A stretch of DNA of 64,000 nucleotides from contig JAOATY010000035.1 in the NCBI GenBank assembly GCA_030157865.1, forward strand, positions 13,356 through 77,355. Reading direction: 5' to 3'. The stretch comes from Candidatus Nanopelagicales bacterium. GTDB taxonomy: Bacteria > Actinomycetota > Actinomycetes > S36-B12 > UBA5976. This document shows positions 37,504-47,168 of this stretch, in pieces. How positions within the stretch are numbered: the first letter of the stretch is position 1; each line of letters opens with the position of its first letter. Both the position numbers and the translations under genes were made by a program. The notes beneath the pieces are model-generated. The model had not been told where the DNA came from. It worked only from the letters and a program-made list of their open reading frames with translations, and did no database searches.

Positions 37504-38769
37504 CTATGGACGCGGGTATGCCGGGAACTTAGCAGTTAGATCTAGGACTTCAGCCTTGATTTCTGCATGTACTGCAGGGTTATCTGACTTAACTGCGCGA
37601 CCAATCATGCTGGCAATAGTTGCCATTTCTGGAACGCCCATGCCCTGTGTTGTAAGTGAAGGAGTACCAACACGAACACCTGAAGTAACCGCAGCTGGCT
37701 TTGGATCGTAAGGAATTGAGTTCTTGTTTAAAACAATTCCGGAATCGCCTGCACGCTGTTCTGCATCCTTACCGGATACATCAATGCCTTGAAGATCTAG
37801 CAAAGCAAGATGAGTATCTGTGCCACCAGTAACCGGACGCATACCCTCGGCAGCAAGACCAGCAGTCAAAGCCTGGGCGTTAACAATTACGTCCTTTGCA
37901 TACTTCTGATATTCCGGAGTAGCGCATTCCTTCAACGCAACGGCCTTAGCTGCAATTACGTGCATCATTGGGCCACCCTGCATCATTGGGAAAACAGCCT
38001 TGTCGATCTTTGCGGCATGTTCTTCCTTGCAAAGGATCATTCCGGAACGTGGCCCACGCAAAACCTTATGAGTTGTGAATGAGACAACGTCTGCGTAAGG
38101 CACTGGCGATGGAATTGCTTTACCCGCAACAAGTCCGATGAAGTGCGCAGCATCAACGTGCATGATTGCGCCGACTTCGTCTGCAATTTCACGGATTGCC
38201 TTGAAATCAATTAAGCGAGGAATTGCTGAACCGCCAGCAATGATCATCTTTGGTTTGTGTTCGCGAGCTAACGCGCGAAGTTGATCGTAATCAATGTCTT
38301 CATTGCCTTCAGCAACGCCGTAGTGAACTGGATTGAACCACTTGCCTGAGTATGAAACGCCTGCGCCATGAGTTAAGTGACCGCCATGTGGCAAAGCCAT
38401 TGCAAGGTAAGTGTCACCTGGCTGAAGGAAAGCACCAAAGACTGCAATGTTTGCACTAGCACCTGAGTGTGGTTGCAAGTTTGCGTGATCAGCACCGAAT
38501 AGTGACTTTGCGCGCTCGATACCAATGGTTTCGGCTACGTCTACAACTTCGCAACCACCGTAGTAGCGCTTGCCTGGGTAACCTTCGGCGTACTTGTTGC
38601 TCAAAGTTGAACCAAGTGCGGTTAGCACTGCAGGTGAAGTGTAATTCTCAGATGCAATTAACTGAATGCCACTACGCAAACGAGTTAGTTCATCCAAAAG
38701 AACTTTCGCAATTTCAGGATCGGTTGCATTCAACTCATCAAAGTCAGATCCAAAGAATGTATTGCTCAT
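37504..38769 (-). CDS. glyA: serine hydroxymethyltransferase
   Basis: PLP-Lys motif TTHKVLRGPRSG and SENYTSPAV. I trimmed the start to the ATG at 38769 (SD AAAGGTGA). Confidence 0.95.
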   Translation of the reverse strand: MSNTFFGSDFDELNATDPEIAKVLLDELTRLRSGIQLIASENYTSPAVLTALGSTLSNKYAEGYPGKRYYGGCEVVDVAETIGIERAKSLFGADHANLQPHSGASANIAVFGAFLQPGDTYLAMALPHGGHLTHGAGVSYSGKWFNPVHYGVAEGNEDIDYDQLRALAREHKPKMIIAGGSAIPRLIDFKAIREIADEVGAIMHVDAAHFIGLVAGKAIPSPVPYADVVSFTTHKVLRGPRSGMILCKEEHAAKIDKAVFPMMQGGPMMHVIAAKAVALKECATPEYQKYAKDVIVNAQALTAGLAAEGMRPVTGGTDTHLALLDLQGIDVSGKDAEQRAGDSGIVLNKNSIPYDPKPAAVTSGVRVGTPSLTTQGMGVPEMATIASMIGRAVKSDNPAVHAEIKAEVLDLTAKFPAYPRP

Positions 38770-38831
38770 AATATTCACCTTTAGTGTTGTAACCGCTGGC
38801 CCGCGGTTTTCCAATTCTAGGGGCTGGCGAG

Positions 38832-39488
38832 TTAGGACGCAGTTGCGTCAATGACTGCTGGCATAACCTCGCGCAGTTGGGCTAACGAGATCTCGCCATT
38901 TCGAATCATGCGTACATGATCGGTTGTTGCATCAATAACTGTTGAAATTCGGGCACTTAGTGGCCCACCGTCTAGGTATACATCGACAGAATCAGAAAGT
39001 GCAGCTTGTGCTTGTTCCACATTCTGGACCGCTGGGTTACCAAAATGTTGAGCTCCGGTCATAACCGAGGGACCAATTCCAGAAAGAACTGCTTGCGCCA
39101 ATTCATGATGTGGAACCCGAACAGCGAGTGCCGATCCGTCCTGACCGATGTTCCACGAAAGCGAATCTTGCGCAACTGTTAACACAGTTAGCGGACCGGG
39201 CCAAAGGGCAGTTGCAATGTCGTTTGCAATTACCGAAAAGTTTGCAACGCCACGAATGGTTTCAATTGAGCCTGCGGCAACTGGAAGCGCAATATCTGAA
39301 TTGTGTTTCTTTGCCATTCTTAACTTTGTAATCGCACCAGAACTGAAAGCGTCACAAATTACGGCATACGAGGTATCCGTTGGAATAACTACTAATCCAC
39401 CATCTTTAACAGCAGCAACTGCAGCTTCAACTGCTATCGCAATGTCAGCCGCAGAAGCTTGTGCATCAACTTTGTAAACCTGTGACAT
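38832..39488 (-). CDS. tsaC: L-threonylcarbamoyladenylate synthase (Sua5/YrdC/TsaC family)
   Basis: YrdC-fold motif PTDTSYAV.CDA and PGPLTV. 218 aa. Confidence 0.85.
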   Translation of the reverse strand: MSQVYKVDAQASAADIAIAVEAAVAAVKDGGLVVIPTDTSYAVICDAFSSGAITKLRMAKKHNSDIALPVAAGSIETIRGVANFSVIANDIATALWPGPLTVLTVAQDSLSWNIGQDGSALAVRVPHHELAQAVLSGIGPSVMTGAQHFGNPAVQNVEQAQAALSDSVDVYLDGGPLSARISTVIDATTDHVRMIRNGEISLAQLREVMPAVIDATAS

Positions 39489-39492
39489 AAAA

Positions 39493-40392
39493 CTATCTTC
39501 CTACGCCATCGCCTACAGACCTAACGGCCGTAGTGAATCTAGGAAGTTTGTTGTAATCCAAATTGTCTTTTACATTCATCCAGGTATTTGGCATGGCGTC
39601 AAAAAGTGCAGGCATGCTCTCCCCTTGTACATCCGCATGTTCCATGCCAACGAAGCCACCAGGCTTCAACAGATCAGCAGCGACCACAACAACTTCGCGG
39701 GCAACGTCTAGACCATCCAAGCCGCTGAACAAAGCAATGGCAGGATCATGATCGCGAGCTTCGGGATCGCGCGGAATCATTTCGCTTGGAATGTAAGGCG
39801 GATTAGAAACCAATGCATCTACCTGATTGGAAAGTTCAATTAATAAAGACTGGTCACCAGCATTTCCATGGTGAACGATTACATGTGAGTCGACCGCTTC
39901 CAATTTTGCAGCGTGATCCACAACGTTATGGGTTAGCCACTTAAAGGCATCATCAGATAACTCAACTGCATGAACCGTTGTTCCAGGAACTTCAAGAGCC
40001 AAAGAAAGTGCAATTGCGCCGCTGCCAGCGCAAAGATCAACAGCGATCCGAGGTGACTCCACAGTTTTCAAATGCGTGATTGCTGCCTCAACAAGTAATT
40101 CAGTTTCTGGTCTTGGCACAAAAACTCCAGGTCCAACCGCAAGCTCAAGGTGTCTGAAATATGCGACACCAGTTAGATGTTGAAGCGGAACTCGATTAGC
40201 TCGTCGCGCGACCAAGTTTTCATAATCGAAAAGCTGTTCGTTAGAAATCTCTGTGATTGAAACTAATTGTGATCGCTCGACTCTAAGGATATGTGCAAGA
40301 AGCAACTCAGCATCCACTTGTGGGCTGGAGACTTTTGCCTCAGTAAGTAAAGTAACTGCATTACTAACTGCTGCTTTGGGATCGTTTTGCAC
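39493..40392 (-). CDS. prmC: peptide chain release factor N5-glutamine methyltransferase
   Basis: SAM motif DLCAGSGAIAL and catalytic SNPPYIP. Located downstream of prfA. Confidence 0.9.
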   Translation of the reverse strand: MQNDPKAAVSNAVTLLTEAKVSSPQVDAELLLAHILRVERSQLVSITEISNEQLFDYENLVARRANRVPLQHLTGVAYFRHLELAVGPGVFVPRPETELLVEAAITHLKTVESPRIAVDLCAGSGAIALSLALEVPGTTVHAVELSDDAFKWLTHNVVDHAAKLEAVDSHVIVHHGNAGDQSLLIELSNQVDALVSNPPYIPSEMIPRDPEARDHDPAIALFSGLDGLDVAREVVVVAADLLKPGGFVGMEHADVQGESMPALFDAMPNTWMNVKDNLDYNKLPRFTTAVRSVGDGVGR

Positions 40393-40395
40393 TAT

Positions 40396-40599
40396 TTACT
40401 TCAGGGTCTTGAAGTGAGCAACCAGGGCGTTGGCATGGCCGTGGCCCATTTCGTATTCAGACTTTAAGAAGGCAACCATTTCCATGTGCTTTTCGATTTT
40501 TGCCTTCTTTAGGATTTTCATCCACTCATCAATTTTCTTTCCATAATTCTTTTCAATTGATGGAAAGTAGGAAGCAGGACCTTTTACTGGCTCAGCCAT
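40396..40599 (-). CDS. DUF4287-like small protein
   Basis: 67 aa: SYFPSIEKNYGK.IDEW ... MGHGHANALVAHFK, matching my memory of the DUF4287 pattern. It sits 2-3 nt from both neighbours. Confidence 0.55.
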   Translation of the reverse strand: MAEPVKGPASYFPSIEKNYGKKIDEWMKILKKAKIEKHMEMVAFLKSEYEMGHGHANALVAHFKTLK

Positions 40600-40601
40600 G
40601 A

Positions 40602-41684
40602 TTAATCTCCTAAAGTTGCGAGGCGTTCTTTGGTGTCTGCTTCAATACAGGCACCAATTACTGGATCTAGATCGCCATTCATAACTGCATCAAGATTATT
40701 GCTCTTGAAGCCAACTCGGTGATCAGCCAAACGGTTTTCTGGGAAGTTGTAGGTTCTGATTCGCTCTGAACGATCTACAGTTCGAACCTGACTCTTGCGT
40801 GCATCAGATGCAGCAGCCATTGCAGCTTCTTGGGCGGCAGCCAACATTCTGGCGCGAAGAATACGCATTGCGGATTCTTTATTCTGAAGCTGAGATTTTT
40901 CGTTCTGGCACGAAACCACAATTCCAGTTGGAATGTGCGTGATTCGAACAGCTGAGTCGGTTGTGTTAACACTCTGTCCACCTGGTCCGGATGAACGGTA
41001 AACGTCGATTCGAAGATCATTCGGATCAATAGTTACATCTACTTCTTCAGCTTCTGGAAGTACCAGTACGCCAGCAGCAGATGTATGGATTCGTCCCTGT
41101 GATTCAGTAACTGGTACGCGCTGAACGCGATGTACGCCACCTTCAAATTTCAAGTTTGCAAACGGTGCATCTTCGGGTGGAACTACACCCTTGGACTTAA
41201 CAGCAATTGCAATATCTTTGTAGCCACCCATATCGGATTCTTCGGCTTCAAGAACTTGAGTTGCCCAACCGCGCTTTTCCGCAAACTTTAAATACATGCG
41301 CATCAAGTCGCCAGCGAACAATGCTGACTCTTCCCCGCCAGCGCCTGCCTTAATTTCAAGAATCACATCGTTGCCATCCATTGGATCGCGTGGAATCAAC
41401 ATCTCTTGCAACTTCTCGGCTGCGGCTTCGCGAGCTATCGCCATAGTTTCAGCTTCCGCTAAAAACGCTGCATCTTCTTCGCCCATTTCGCGGGCTGCAA
41501 TTTCATCATCACGAAGTTGAATCCATTCGCGGTATTTCGCGACAACAGGCTTTAGTTCAGCGTGGCGCTTACCAATGCGACGAGCTTCATTTGGATTGCT
41601 ATGGGTTGAAGGATCGCTGAGTTTGGCTTCGAGTTCATCGAGCTCGGTAACCATTGCTTCAACTTTGTTGAAGTCTTGTCCCAT
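40602..41684 (-). CDS. prfA: peptide chain release factor 1
   Basis: GGQ motif [11 protein letters not shown] and the RF1-type PVT tripeptide in [10 protein letters not shown] (RF1 PxT anticodon motif). Confidence 0.95.
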   Translation of the reverse strand: MGQDFNKVEAMVTELDELEAKLSDPSTHSNPNEARRIGKRHAELKPVVAKYREWIQLRDDEIAAREMGEEDAAFLAEAETMAIAREAAAEKLQEMLIPRDPMDGNDVILEIKAGAGGEESALFAGDLMRMYLKFAEKRGWATQVLEAEESDMGGYKDIAIAVKSKGVVPPEDAPFANLKFEGGVHRVQRVPVTESQGRIHTSAAGVLVLPEAEEVDVTIDPNDLRIDVYRSSGPGGQSVNTTDSAVRITHIPTGIVVSCQNEKSQLQNKESAMRILRARMLAAAQEAAMAAASDARKSQVRTVDRSERIRTYNFPENRLADHRVGFKSNNLDAVMNGDLDPVIGACIEADTKERLATLGD

Positions 41685-41726
41685 TAGGTGTCCTTACGTA
41701 AGTGGTACTGAAAGTTCTAGAGAGAT

Positions 41727-41775
41727 AAAAAATGAGGCGCTGTCATCGTCCGAAGACAACGACAACACCTCATTT
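41727..41775 (-). terminator. intrinsic terminator of rpmE (strand-specific hairpin)
   Basis: 21-bp stem starting 7 nt after the rpmE stop. Four positions are C-A/A-C mismatches on the plus strand but G-U wobbles in the minus-strand RNA. Loop UUCG, followed by a U-run. Confidence 0.7.
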
Positions 41776-41781
41776 AGAAAG

Positions 41782-41991
41782 CTAGGACTGCTTACCGAAG
41801 CGCTTCTCGAACTTGGCAACGCGGCCACCGGTATCAAGAATCTTTTGCTTGCCGGTGTAGAACGGGTGGCAAGCGCTGCAAACGTCAGCGTGGATAACAC
41901 CATTCTTTTGGGTGCTACGTGTTGTGAATGTATTTCCGCAACCACAGGTAACTGTGGTGTCTACGTACTCTGGGTGAATGCCAGTCTGCAC
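41782..41991 (-). CDS. rpmE: 50S ribosomal protein L31 (Cys-containing, Zn-ribbon type)
   Basis: GIHPEY, CGC ... [13 protein letters not shown] trimmed the start to the GTG at 41991, preceded by SD AAGGAG. Confidence 0.9.
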   Translation of the reverse strand: MQTGIHPEYVDTTVTCGCGNTFTTRSTQKNGVIHADVCSACHPFYTGKQKILDTGGRVAKFEKRFGKQS

Positions 41992-42100
41992 GGATTTCTC
42001 CTTATTTATACTGTGATCGGGTCGTAGGCTCGGATGCCTACGTGAACCGACCAACCCCTTGATTCTGCCAGTTTTCGGGGATTCCCACAAAACGCCCGAT

Positions 42101-44251
42101 TTAAAGAGGGTAATCGTTCACAAATGAAGGCGTTGCGCCCAATACATCCTCAAAATAGGTGGGAGTTCCCATGTGGAATGGCGCACCTCTAGGGACATAA
42201 TTCAGAGAATTAACTCCATCACTCGTTTGAAGTTGAATCAATTTATAGGTGCCTGACTTAGCATGACTAGGCAACCGAATCGGGATTCGGAATGTGTAGT
42301 CATCACCTGATCGACTCAATAAACACCCTTGCGATCCGATCGGATCATATCCAGGTCCACCTTGAATCGTGGCAAGTTGTGTGCAAGTCATTATTGCGTT
42401 GTTGAAGTAACTAACCCCACCCCAAAAAGAATTGGTAAAGTTCATTATTCCGTCCACCGAGAACTGCAAATTCACCGGCGGCATGTTTCCAGAAAATCCA
42501 CCTGAATCCCTGACTGTAACAATTGCGATTGCAGATGCTGGTCCACCTGCAGTGTTAATTCTCGAAGTTTCCATAGTCATTGAGATCAAAACAGGTGCTG
42601 CGCTGTCCCCTCGCGAAACGTACCCTGATTTCATCAACGGGATATATCCTGGTATCGCAGAGATGTCTAAGAAGCCCGGTCCAGGTTGGCAGCCAGTGCA
42701 ATAATGTGCATTCGTTTGATTGCCGACACCGTCGGAAACCGAGATATTTGTCAGTCGGTACTCACCATCAGTTGCACCTTGAGGAACTCTGACTTTAACG
42801 ACAAAAACTCCAGGTGCAGACTGGCAACCCATTTGATTGTTCGCCATGTAGCTCGGAATTGAATCACACATTGCACCCATGGCACTTCCGTGCAGAGAAC
42901 CTGAAGGTGACGATGACATTTGCTGATTGAGGGTGTTTACATTTGTAAAATTCACGTTTACGGCGCTACTCCATAGGCCGGTGCCGAAACCTATGTCATC
43001 AGATGCTCTTACAACTAAATCAATTACTGCATCTCCGGATGTTGTGTCGACGCTACCTTGATAGGAAATGCTGTTAATTGAAGGTCCTGCAATGTCGCCA
43101 GGCCCAACTTGCTTCACTGTCATTCGCCCGATGTCGAATTTTTCATTTATCCAATTTGGAATTACTCCCGGCGGTCCATACGTACAACTCGTGCAATTGT
43201 TAGTTGGTTTGTACTGGTAAGAAGTGCTGTTTCTTGCGGCATCCCAAACTGTCAAATTCGTAACGAGATAATTCCCTGGGCGGGAGTACTGAGGCATTGT
43301 GTAATCAAATTTCAACAACGGATTAAGTCGGCCACCAGCGACTCGACAACCCATTACTTGAGGCATTATTGAACCTGCTGGCATGCTTGCTCTCCATCGA
43401 GCTACTTTGCCGCATGAGGCAGTAGTTGCCATGCCAGATAAATTCAGGCCTGGGAGCATCTGCTCGTTGCCCATCTCGTCAGTTTGTACTCTGCTTAGAC
43501 TCAAATTAATAGGTGAATTTCCCCAAATTGAATAGATAGGAAAACCACCAGTTAGATCTTGTAGCTGGACATACACGGAAAAATTCTGTGGTCCTGTACT
43601 TGTATCGATAGCAGAAGTAGAAACCCAAACATCTGAAACCGTTGGATCCGAATTATCAAAGAAGCAACCGTACACTCCGCGGTCCATTGTGTCTTTTGTG
43701 CAAGTATTCGAGCCGTTTCCACCCGTCATGGTGTCTCGACCTGCGCCACCATTGAGTTCGTCATCACCTTCATCACCTGAAAGTGAATCCTTGCCGGCGT
43801 CACCAGCTAAGAAATCATCGCTCGTTCCACCGCCAACTTTGTCGTTTCCTCCACCGCCGAGAACTTCATCAATTCCATCAGATCCCGTAAGTGTGTCGTT
43901 TCCGTCGCCACCAACCACAATGTCATCGCCAGCACCACCAGATATCGAATCTTTGCCCATGCCGCCATCGATGATGTCGTTACCGCCGCCGCCGTCAATT
44001 TTGTCGTTCCCACCGAGGCCACAAATAACATCGTCTCCAGCAGTGCCCTTTAGTTTGTTTTTGCCAGAAGTTCCAACGATTGTGCAGGCAGCGCGAATTC
44101 CATCTTGTGAATACGCATATTGAACAGCCGTCTTTTTCTTTTTGGCTTTAGTTCCAATGGCACTACCGGTCGAAGCGTGCGCTAATGGAGAAGCAAGCAA
44201 AGTAACTGCTAGTGCCATAACAAAGGCTGAATAAAAACGGCGAGTTTTCAC
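42101..44251 (-). CDS. secreted protein with RTX-type Ca2+-binding nonapeptide repeats and three C-terminal repeat modules of unknown function
   Basis: Sec signal peptide ([26 protein letters not shown]), then 12 consecutive GGxGxDxUx nonapeptides. Three ~135-150 aa modules follow, each with a conserved Cys pair and ending G.Y.L.N(L/I).(V/T).D..(G/R)N. Confidence 0.75.
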   Translation of the reverse strand: MKTRRFYSAFVMALAVTLLASPLAHASTGSAIGTKAKKKKTAVQYAYSQDGIRAACTIVGTSGKNKLKGTAGDDVICGLGGNDKIDGGGGNDIIDGGMGKDSISGGAGDDIVVGGDGNDTLTGSDGIDEVLGGGGNDKVGGGTSDDFLAGDAGKDSLSGDEGDDELNGGAGRDTMTGGNGSNTCTKDTMDRGVYGCFFDNSDPTVSDVWVSTSAIDTSTGPQNFSVYVQLQDLTGGFPIYSIWGNSPINLSLSRVQTDEMGNEQMLPGLNLSGMATTASCGKVARWRASMPAGSIMPQVMGCRVAGGRLNPLLKFDYTMPQYSRPGNYLVTNLTVWDAARNSTSYQYKPTNNCTSCTYGPPGVIPNWINEKFDIGRMTVKQVGPGDIAGPSINSISYQGSVDTTSGDAVIDLVVRASDDIGFGTGLWSSAVNVNFTNVNTLNQQMSSSPSGSLHGSAMGAMCDSIPSYMANNQMGCQSAPGVFVVKVRVPQGATDGEYRLTNISVSDGVGNQTNAHYCTGCQPGPGFLDISAIPGYIPLMKSGYVSRGDSAAPVLISMTMETSRINTAGGPASAIAIVTVRDSGGFSGNMPPVNLQFSVDGIMNFTNSFWGGVSYFNNAIMTCTQLATIQGGPGYDPIGSQGCLLSRSGDDYTFRIPIRLPSHAKSGTYKLIQLQTSDGVNSLNYVPRGAPFHMGTPTYFEDVLGATPSFVNDYPL
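43706..44047 (-). repeat. coding tandem array of 27-nt RTX nonapeptide repeats
   Basis: [114 protein letters not shown], with exact 9-aa periodicity. Confidence 0.8.
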
Positions 44252-44374
44252 GATAACAGTTTAGAGAGAAATTGAACCTTATAAGCAACGAAATCAAAAA
44301 GTCGCTAGTTAATGGGTTTTTGGAATCTTGGCCTGGCCCATTTGGCAAAAACTCTCTGGATTAGCCTAGGGACT

Positions 44375-45658
44375 ATGTTTACTCGCCAAGATGCCCTCGA
44401 TCTAGACGCCAAGGATCCGTTGGCAAAGTACCGCGATCTATTCGTTTTCACGGATCCCAACGTTTGTTATTTGGACGGAAATTCACTTGGCCGATTACCT
44501 AAGGCAACTGTAGAAACAATCAATAAGTTCTTGATCGAAGGCTGGGGAACCAAGATCGTAGACGGTTGGGGCGAGTGGATCGATAAAGCAGAAACCACGG
44601 GCGATCTAATTGGCCGAGCCACACTTGGTGCAGCTGCTGGGCAAACTCTTGCGATGGATACTACGAGCGTTAACTTTTATCGTTTGGTTCGAGCAGCAAT
44701 TTCAGCGCGACCTGGACGTAAAACAATTATTACTGATGAAGCAAACTTCCCTACTGACCGCTACATCATGCAAGGCATTGCCGAAGAGCTTGGCCTAAAT
44801 CTTGTCGTAATACCAAATGACTTACAGGAACATTCCACTGGTGAATCTTTCAGTGATGAATTAGTAACTCCAGAAATTCTCAAGCCCTATCTAAATGACG
44901 ACGTGGCACTTGTCACGCTTTCCGTTGTCGCATATCGATCGGGTGCACTTCATAACATCAAAGAACTTACTGATCTGGTTCGCGCCAGCGGCGCTCTTAT
45001 GGTTTGGGATGCCAGCCATGCCGTTGGCGCAGTCGACATGCAGTTTGATCGTGACGGCGTAGACCTAGCTGTTGGTTGCACATATAAATATGGCAACTCG
45101 GGACCTGGCTCCCCTGCTTGGTTGTACGTGAACAAGCGAATTCAAGCTGAGTTACGTATGCCAATTCAAGGTTGGTTTGCGCAACGCAACCAGTTCTTAA
45201 TGGGTTCTGCGTTTGATCAAATTGAAGGAATGCGCGGATTCCAAATTGCCTCACCATCGATCATTGGATTGCTTTGTATCGATGAAGGTTTTGGCATGAT
45301 CGAAGACGCAACAATTGCGCAGATAAATGCCAAAGCCTCAAAGGGCACTGACATGATGATTGAACTTTTTGATCAGTGGCTGGCTCCGCTTGGATATGAG
45401 CTAGTTACGCCTCGGGATTCAAAACTACGCGGCGGACACATCAGCATCTATCACCCAGATGCTGCTCAAATTGCACGCGGCTTACGCGATGACATGAATG
45501 TGATTCCGGATTATCGGGCGCCAAACAGTATTCGCCTTGCCATCTCACCGCTTCCAACTTCATATGTTGAAGTTTTTGATGGCTTTGAGCGGATTAGGGA
45601 TTACACCCAGTCTGGAAAATACAAAGATTTAGATCTCAGCAACGTCAAAGTTTCCTGA
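44375..45658 (+). CDS. kynU: kynureninase (class V aminotransferase fold)
   Basis: YLDGNSLG, WDASHAVG, and PLP-Lys in GCTYKYGNSGPGSPAW. I trimmed the start to the ATG at 44375 (MFTRQDAL...). Confidence 0.8.
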   Translation: MFTRQDALDLDAKDPLAKYRDLFVFTDPNVCYLDGNSLGRLPKATVETINKFLIEGWGTKIVDGWGEWIDKAETTGDLIGRATLGAAAGQTLAMDTTSVNFYRLVRAAISARPGRKTIITDEANFPTDRYIMQGIAEELGLNLVVIPNDLQEHSTGESFSDELVTPEILKPYLNDDVALVTLSVVAYRSGALHNIKELTDLVRASGALMVWDASHAVGAVDMQFDRDGVDLAVGCTYKYGNSGPGSPAWLYVNKRIQAELRMPIQGWFAQRNQFLMGSAFDQIEGMRGFQIASPSIIGLLCIDEGFGMIEDATIAQINAKASKGTDMMIELFDQWLAPLGYELVTPRDSKLRGGHISIYHPDAAQIARGLRDDMNVIPDYRAPNSIRLAISPLPTSYVEVFDGFERIRDYTQSGKYKDLDLSNVKVS

Positions 45659-45680
45659 TTCTTGGGTCTACTCTGTAATT

Positions 45681-46277
45681 ATGAGTAACCAAATTGAAAC
45701 TTTTGTAACTGTCCAGCTTGAAAATCGCGATCGTAAGTCTGTTTTGCTACGCATTTTCTTAGTCGTGCCTATGGCGATATTTATTTCTGCCTTTACTGCC
45801 TGGTCGGGTTCTACCGAAGCGTCAACATTCTTGTCTGGTTTATTGTTCTTGCCAGTATTACTTGCACTCGTATTCCGCGGTATCTATCCGTCTTACGTAT
45901 TGGACTTCAATCGCTCACTTCTAGCTTTGTCTACTCGCGTTACCGCATACATTCTTTTGCTAAACGATAAGTACCCATCAATCGAGGAAAGTGAAGATGT
46001 AAAAATCACTTTTCCAGATGTTGAAGGTGGCGCCAAGCTGAACCGCTATCTACCACTTGTTAAGTGGCTACTTGCCTTGCCGCTTTACTTAGTTGGCGTT
46101 GTTTACACGTTTTATGGATTAGCAGTTTTGATCTTTACTTGGTTCACTATTTTGTTCACTGGAAAAATGCCTGCATTCAGCGGTGAAGTTCTTTTGGGCG
46201 TAACGAAATTCTGGAACCGGGTTTATGGCTACGCATTCTTACTAGTTACAGATGAGTACCCGAGCTTTAGTCTTTAA
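45681..46277 (+). CDS. DUF4389-like membrane protein
   Basis: 198 aa with 4 TM segments; R..V.LRI.L..P and a C-terminal TDEYPSF pattern, as I recall for DUF4389. Confidence 0.5.
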   Translation: MSNQIETFVTVQLENRDRKSVLLRIFLVVPMAIFISAFTAWSGSTEASTFLSGLLFLPVLLALVFRGIYPSYVLDFNRSLLALSTRVTAYILLLNDKYPSIEESEDVKITFPDVEGGAKLNRYLPLVKWLLALPLYLVGVVYTFYGLAVLIFTWFTILFTGKMPAFSGEVLLGVTKFWNRVYGYAFLLVTDEYPSFSL

Positions 46278-46280
46278 TCA

Positions 46281-47075
46281 CTAACTACTTGGATCTGCCG
46301 CCAAAACCTTTAGTGCTTTGGCAATTGTTTCGAACTTGGCTTGCATCGTTGTTAAGCCAAGTTCGAAAGTTACAGCTGTCGTTTCCGGGAATGTTGAGTT
46401 AACCCAGATCGTAAATGTTCCAGTGTAGGAATTTGTTGGAGAACCTGACTTTCCCCCTGGAATGCATTCGGATTTATATCCGGTTAATTGCGAAAGTCGA
46501 TCACTAATTGTTGTTGGTCGCTCCGGCGGACAATCAATTTGTGCATATGGCTGATGAAAGACCACAATCCGGGTTGGCTTTATGGTCTCAACGGCATTCA
46601 TCAATGCCAAGGTTTCTGGCTCACTTGCTGGACTTGGTCCGCTATAAGTTCGCGCAGTTGGATCAGAGGCCACCCACTTGATTGGGAAGTTTCGATTGAT
46701 GTCTACTCCATTGGCATTTCTTCGGGTAACTAGATTTGCACCATCAGGATTTCCATCGCGAATCAGCCAGATGTTGGTATTCGCTGGCGCGCCGGTTGCG
46801 GCCACTTCATCGATTACTTGCTTGCCATCAGGTTCGTCACCATGAATAGTTCCAATCACCAAAAGAGTGTTTTCCGCTTCAGGATTTGAACCATTTAGTT
46901 GGCAGGCTTCAATCGAAATGCCTTCGACGGATTTACCGATCACCAATGTCTGTTGGCAGCCGCCCTTTGATTGCTCAGTAGAGTCTTGCCAGATGTTTAC
47001 TGCCGCAACTATTCCAGCAACTGCAATAAGCAATAGCGCACCTTCGATAAGGATTATCCAAAACTTCAGGCGCAT
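46281..47075 (-). CDS. membrane-anchored zinc carboxypeptidase (peptidase M14 family, MpaA-like)
   Basis: N-terminal TM anchor; Zn ligand motif HGDEPDG (HxxE), NPDG, RRNANGVDINRNF, SEPET and a later His (VVFHQ). Confidence 0.75.
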   Translation of the reverse strand: MRLKFWIILIEGALLLIAVAGIVAAVNIWQDSTEQSKGGCQQTLVIGKSVEGISIEACQLNGSNPEAENTLLVIGTIHGDEPDGKQVIDEVAATGAPANTNIWLIRDGNPDGANLVTRRNANGVDINRNFPIKWVASDPTARTYSGPSPASEPETLALMNAVETIKPTRIVVFHQPYAQIDCPPERPTTISDRLSQLTGYKSECIPGGKSGSPTNSYTGTFTIWVNSTFPETTAVTFELGLTTMQAKFETIAKALKVLAADPSS

Positions 47076-47112
47076 GGATTGAATCTACCCGTGGAGTATT
47101 ACCCAATTACAT

Positions 47113-47150
47113 AAAACGACCCGACACTCTGATGAGTGCCGGGTCGTTTT
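47113..47150 (-). terminator. intrinsic terminator of rho
   Basis: 17-bp stem AAAACGACCCGACACTC / GAGTGCCGGGTCGTTTT, loop TGAT. The single mismatch is a G-U wobble on the minus-strand RNA. It begins 19 nt after the rho stop. Confidence 0.75.
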
Positions 47151-47168
47151 GAATCTTGCTGGATTTGA

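Noticed and set aside
38770-38831. Checked for a ZTP/THF/glycine riboswitch upstream of glyA.
   Set aside because: The gap is only 62 nt and contains a single 6-bp hairpin (AACCGC-gggcca-GCGGTT). This is more likely an inter-cistronic stabiliser than a riboswitch.
41575-42027. 150-aa plus-strand ORF spanning the prfA 5' end, the intergenic terminator and rpmE.
   Set aside because: It crosses two well-supported minus-strand genes and a terminator hairpin, and has no motif or RBS.
42023-42042. Hairpin CGTAGGC-tcggat-GCCTACG between the RTX-protein stop and the rpmE start, a possible L31 leader or terminator.
   Set aside because: The 7-bp stem is real, but no U-tract follows and I know of no matching leader motif. 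The function is undetermined, so it is not listed as a feature.
43689-44123. 144-aa plus-strand ORF with a striking P/S-rich periodic sequence.
   Set aside because: It is the antisense mirror of the RTX Gly/Asp nonapeptide array. The periodicity is inherited from the minus-strand gene.
42101-47075. Considered calling the two accessory insertions (also 24411-28704) mobile elements or genomic islands.
   Set aside because: I saw no integrase, transposase, recombinase, flanking tRNA, terminal inverted repeats or direct repeats. I report them as synteny breaks only.
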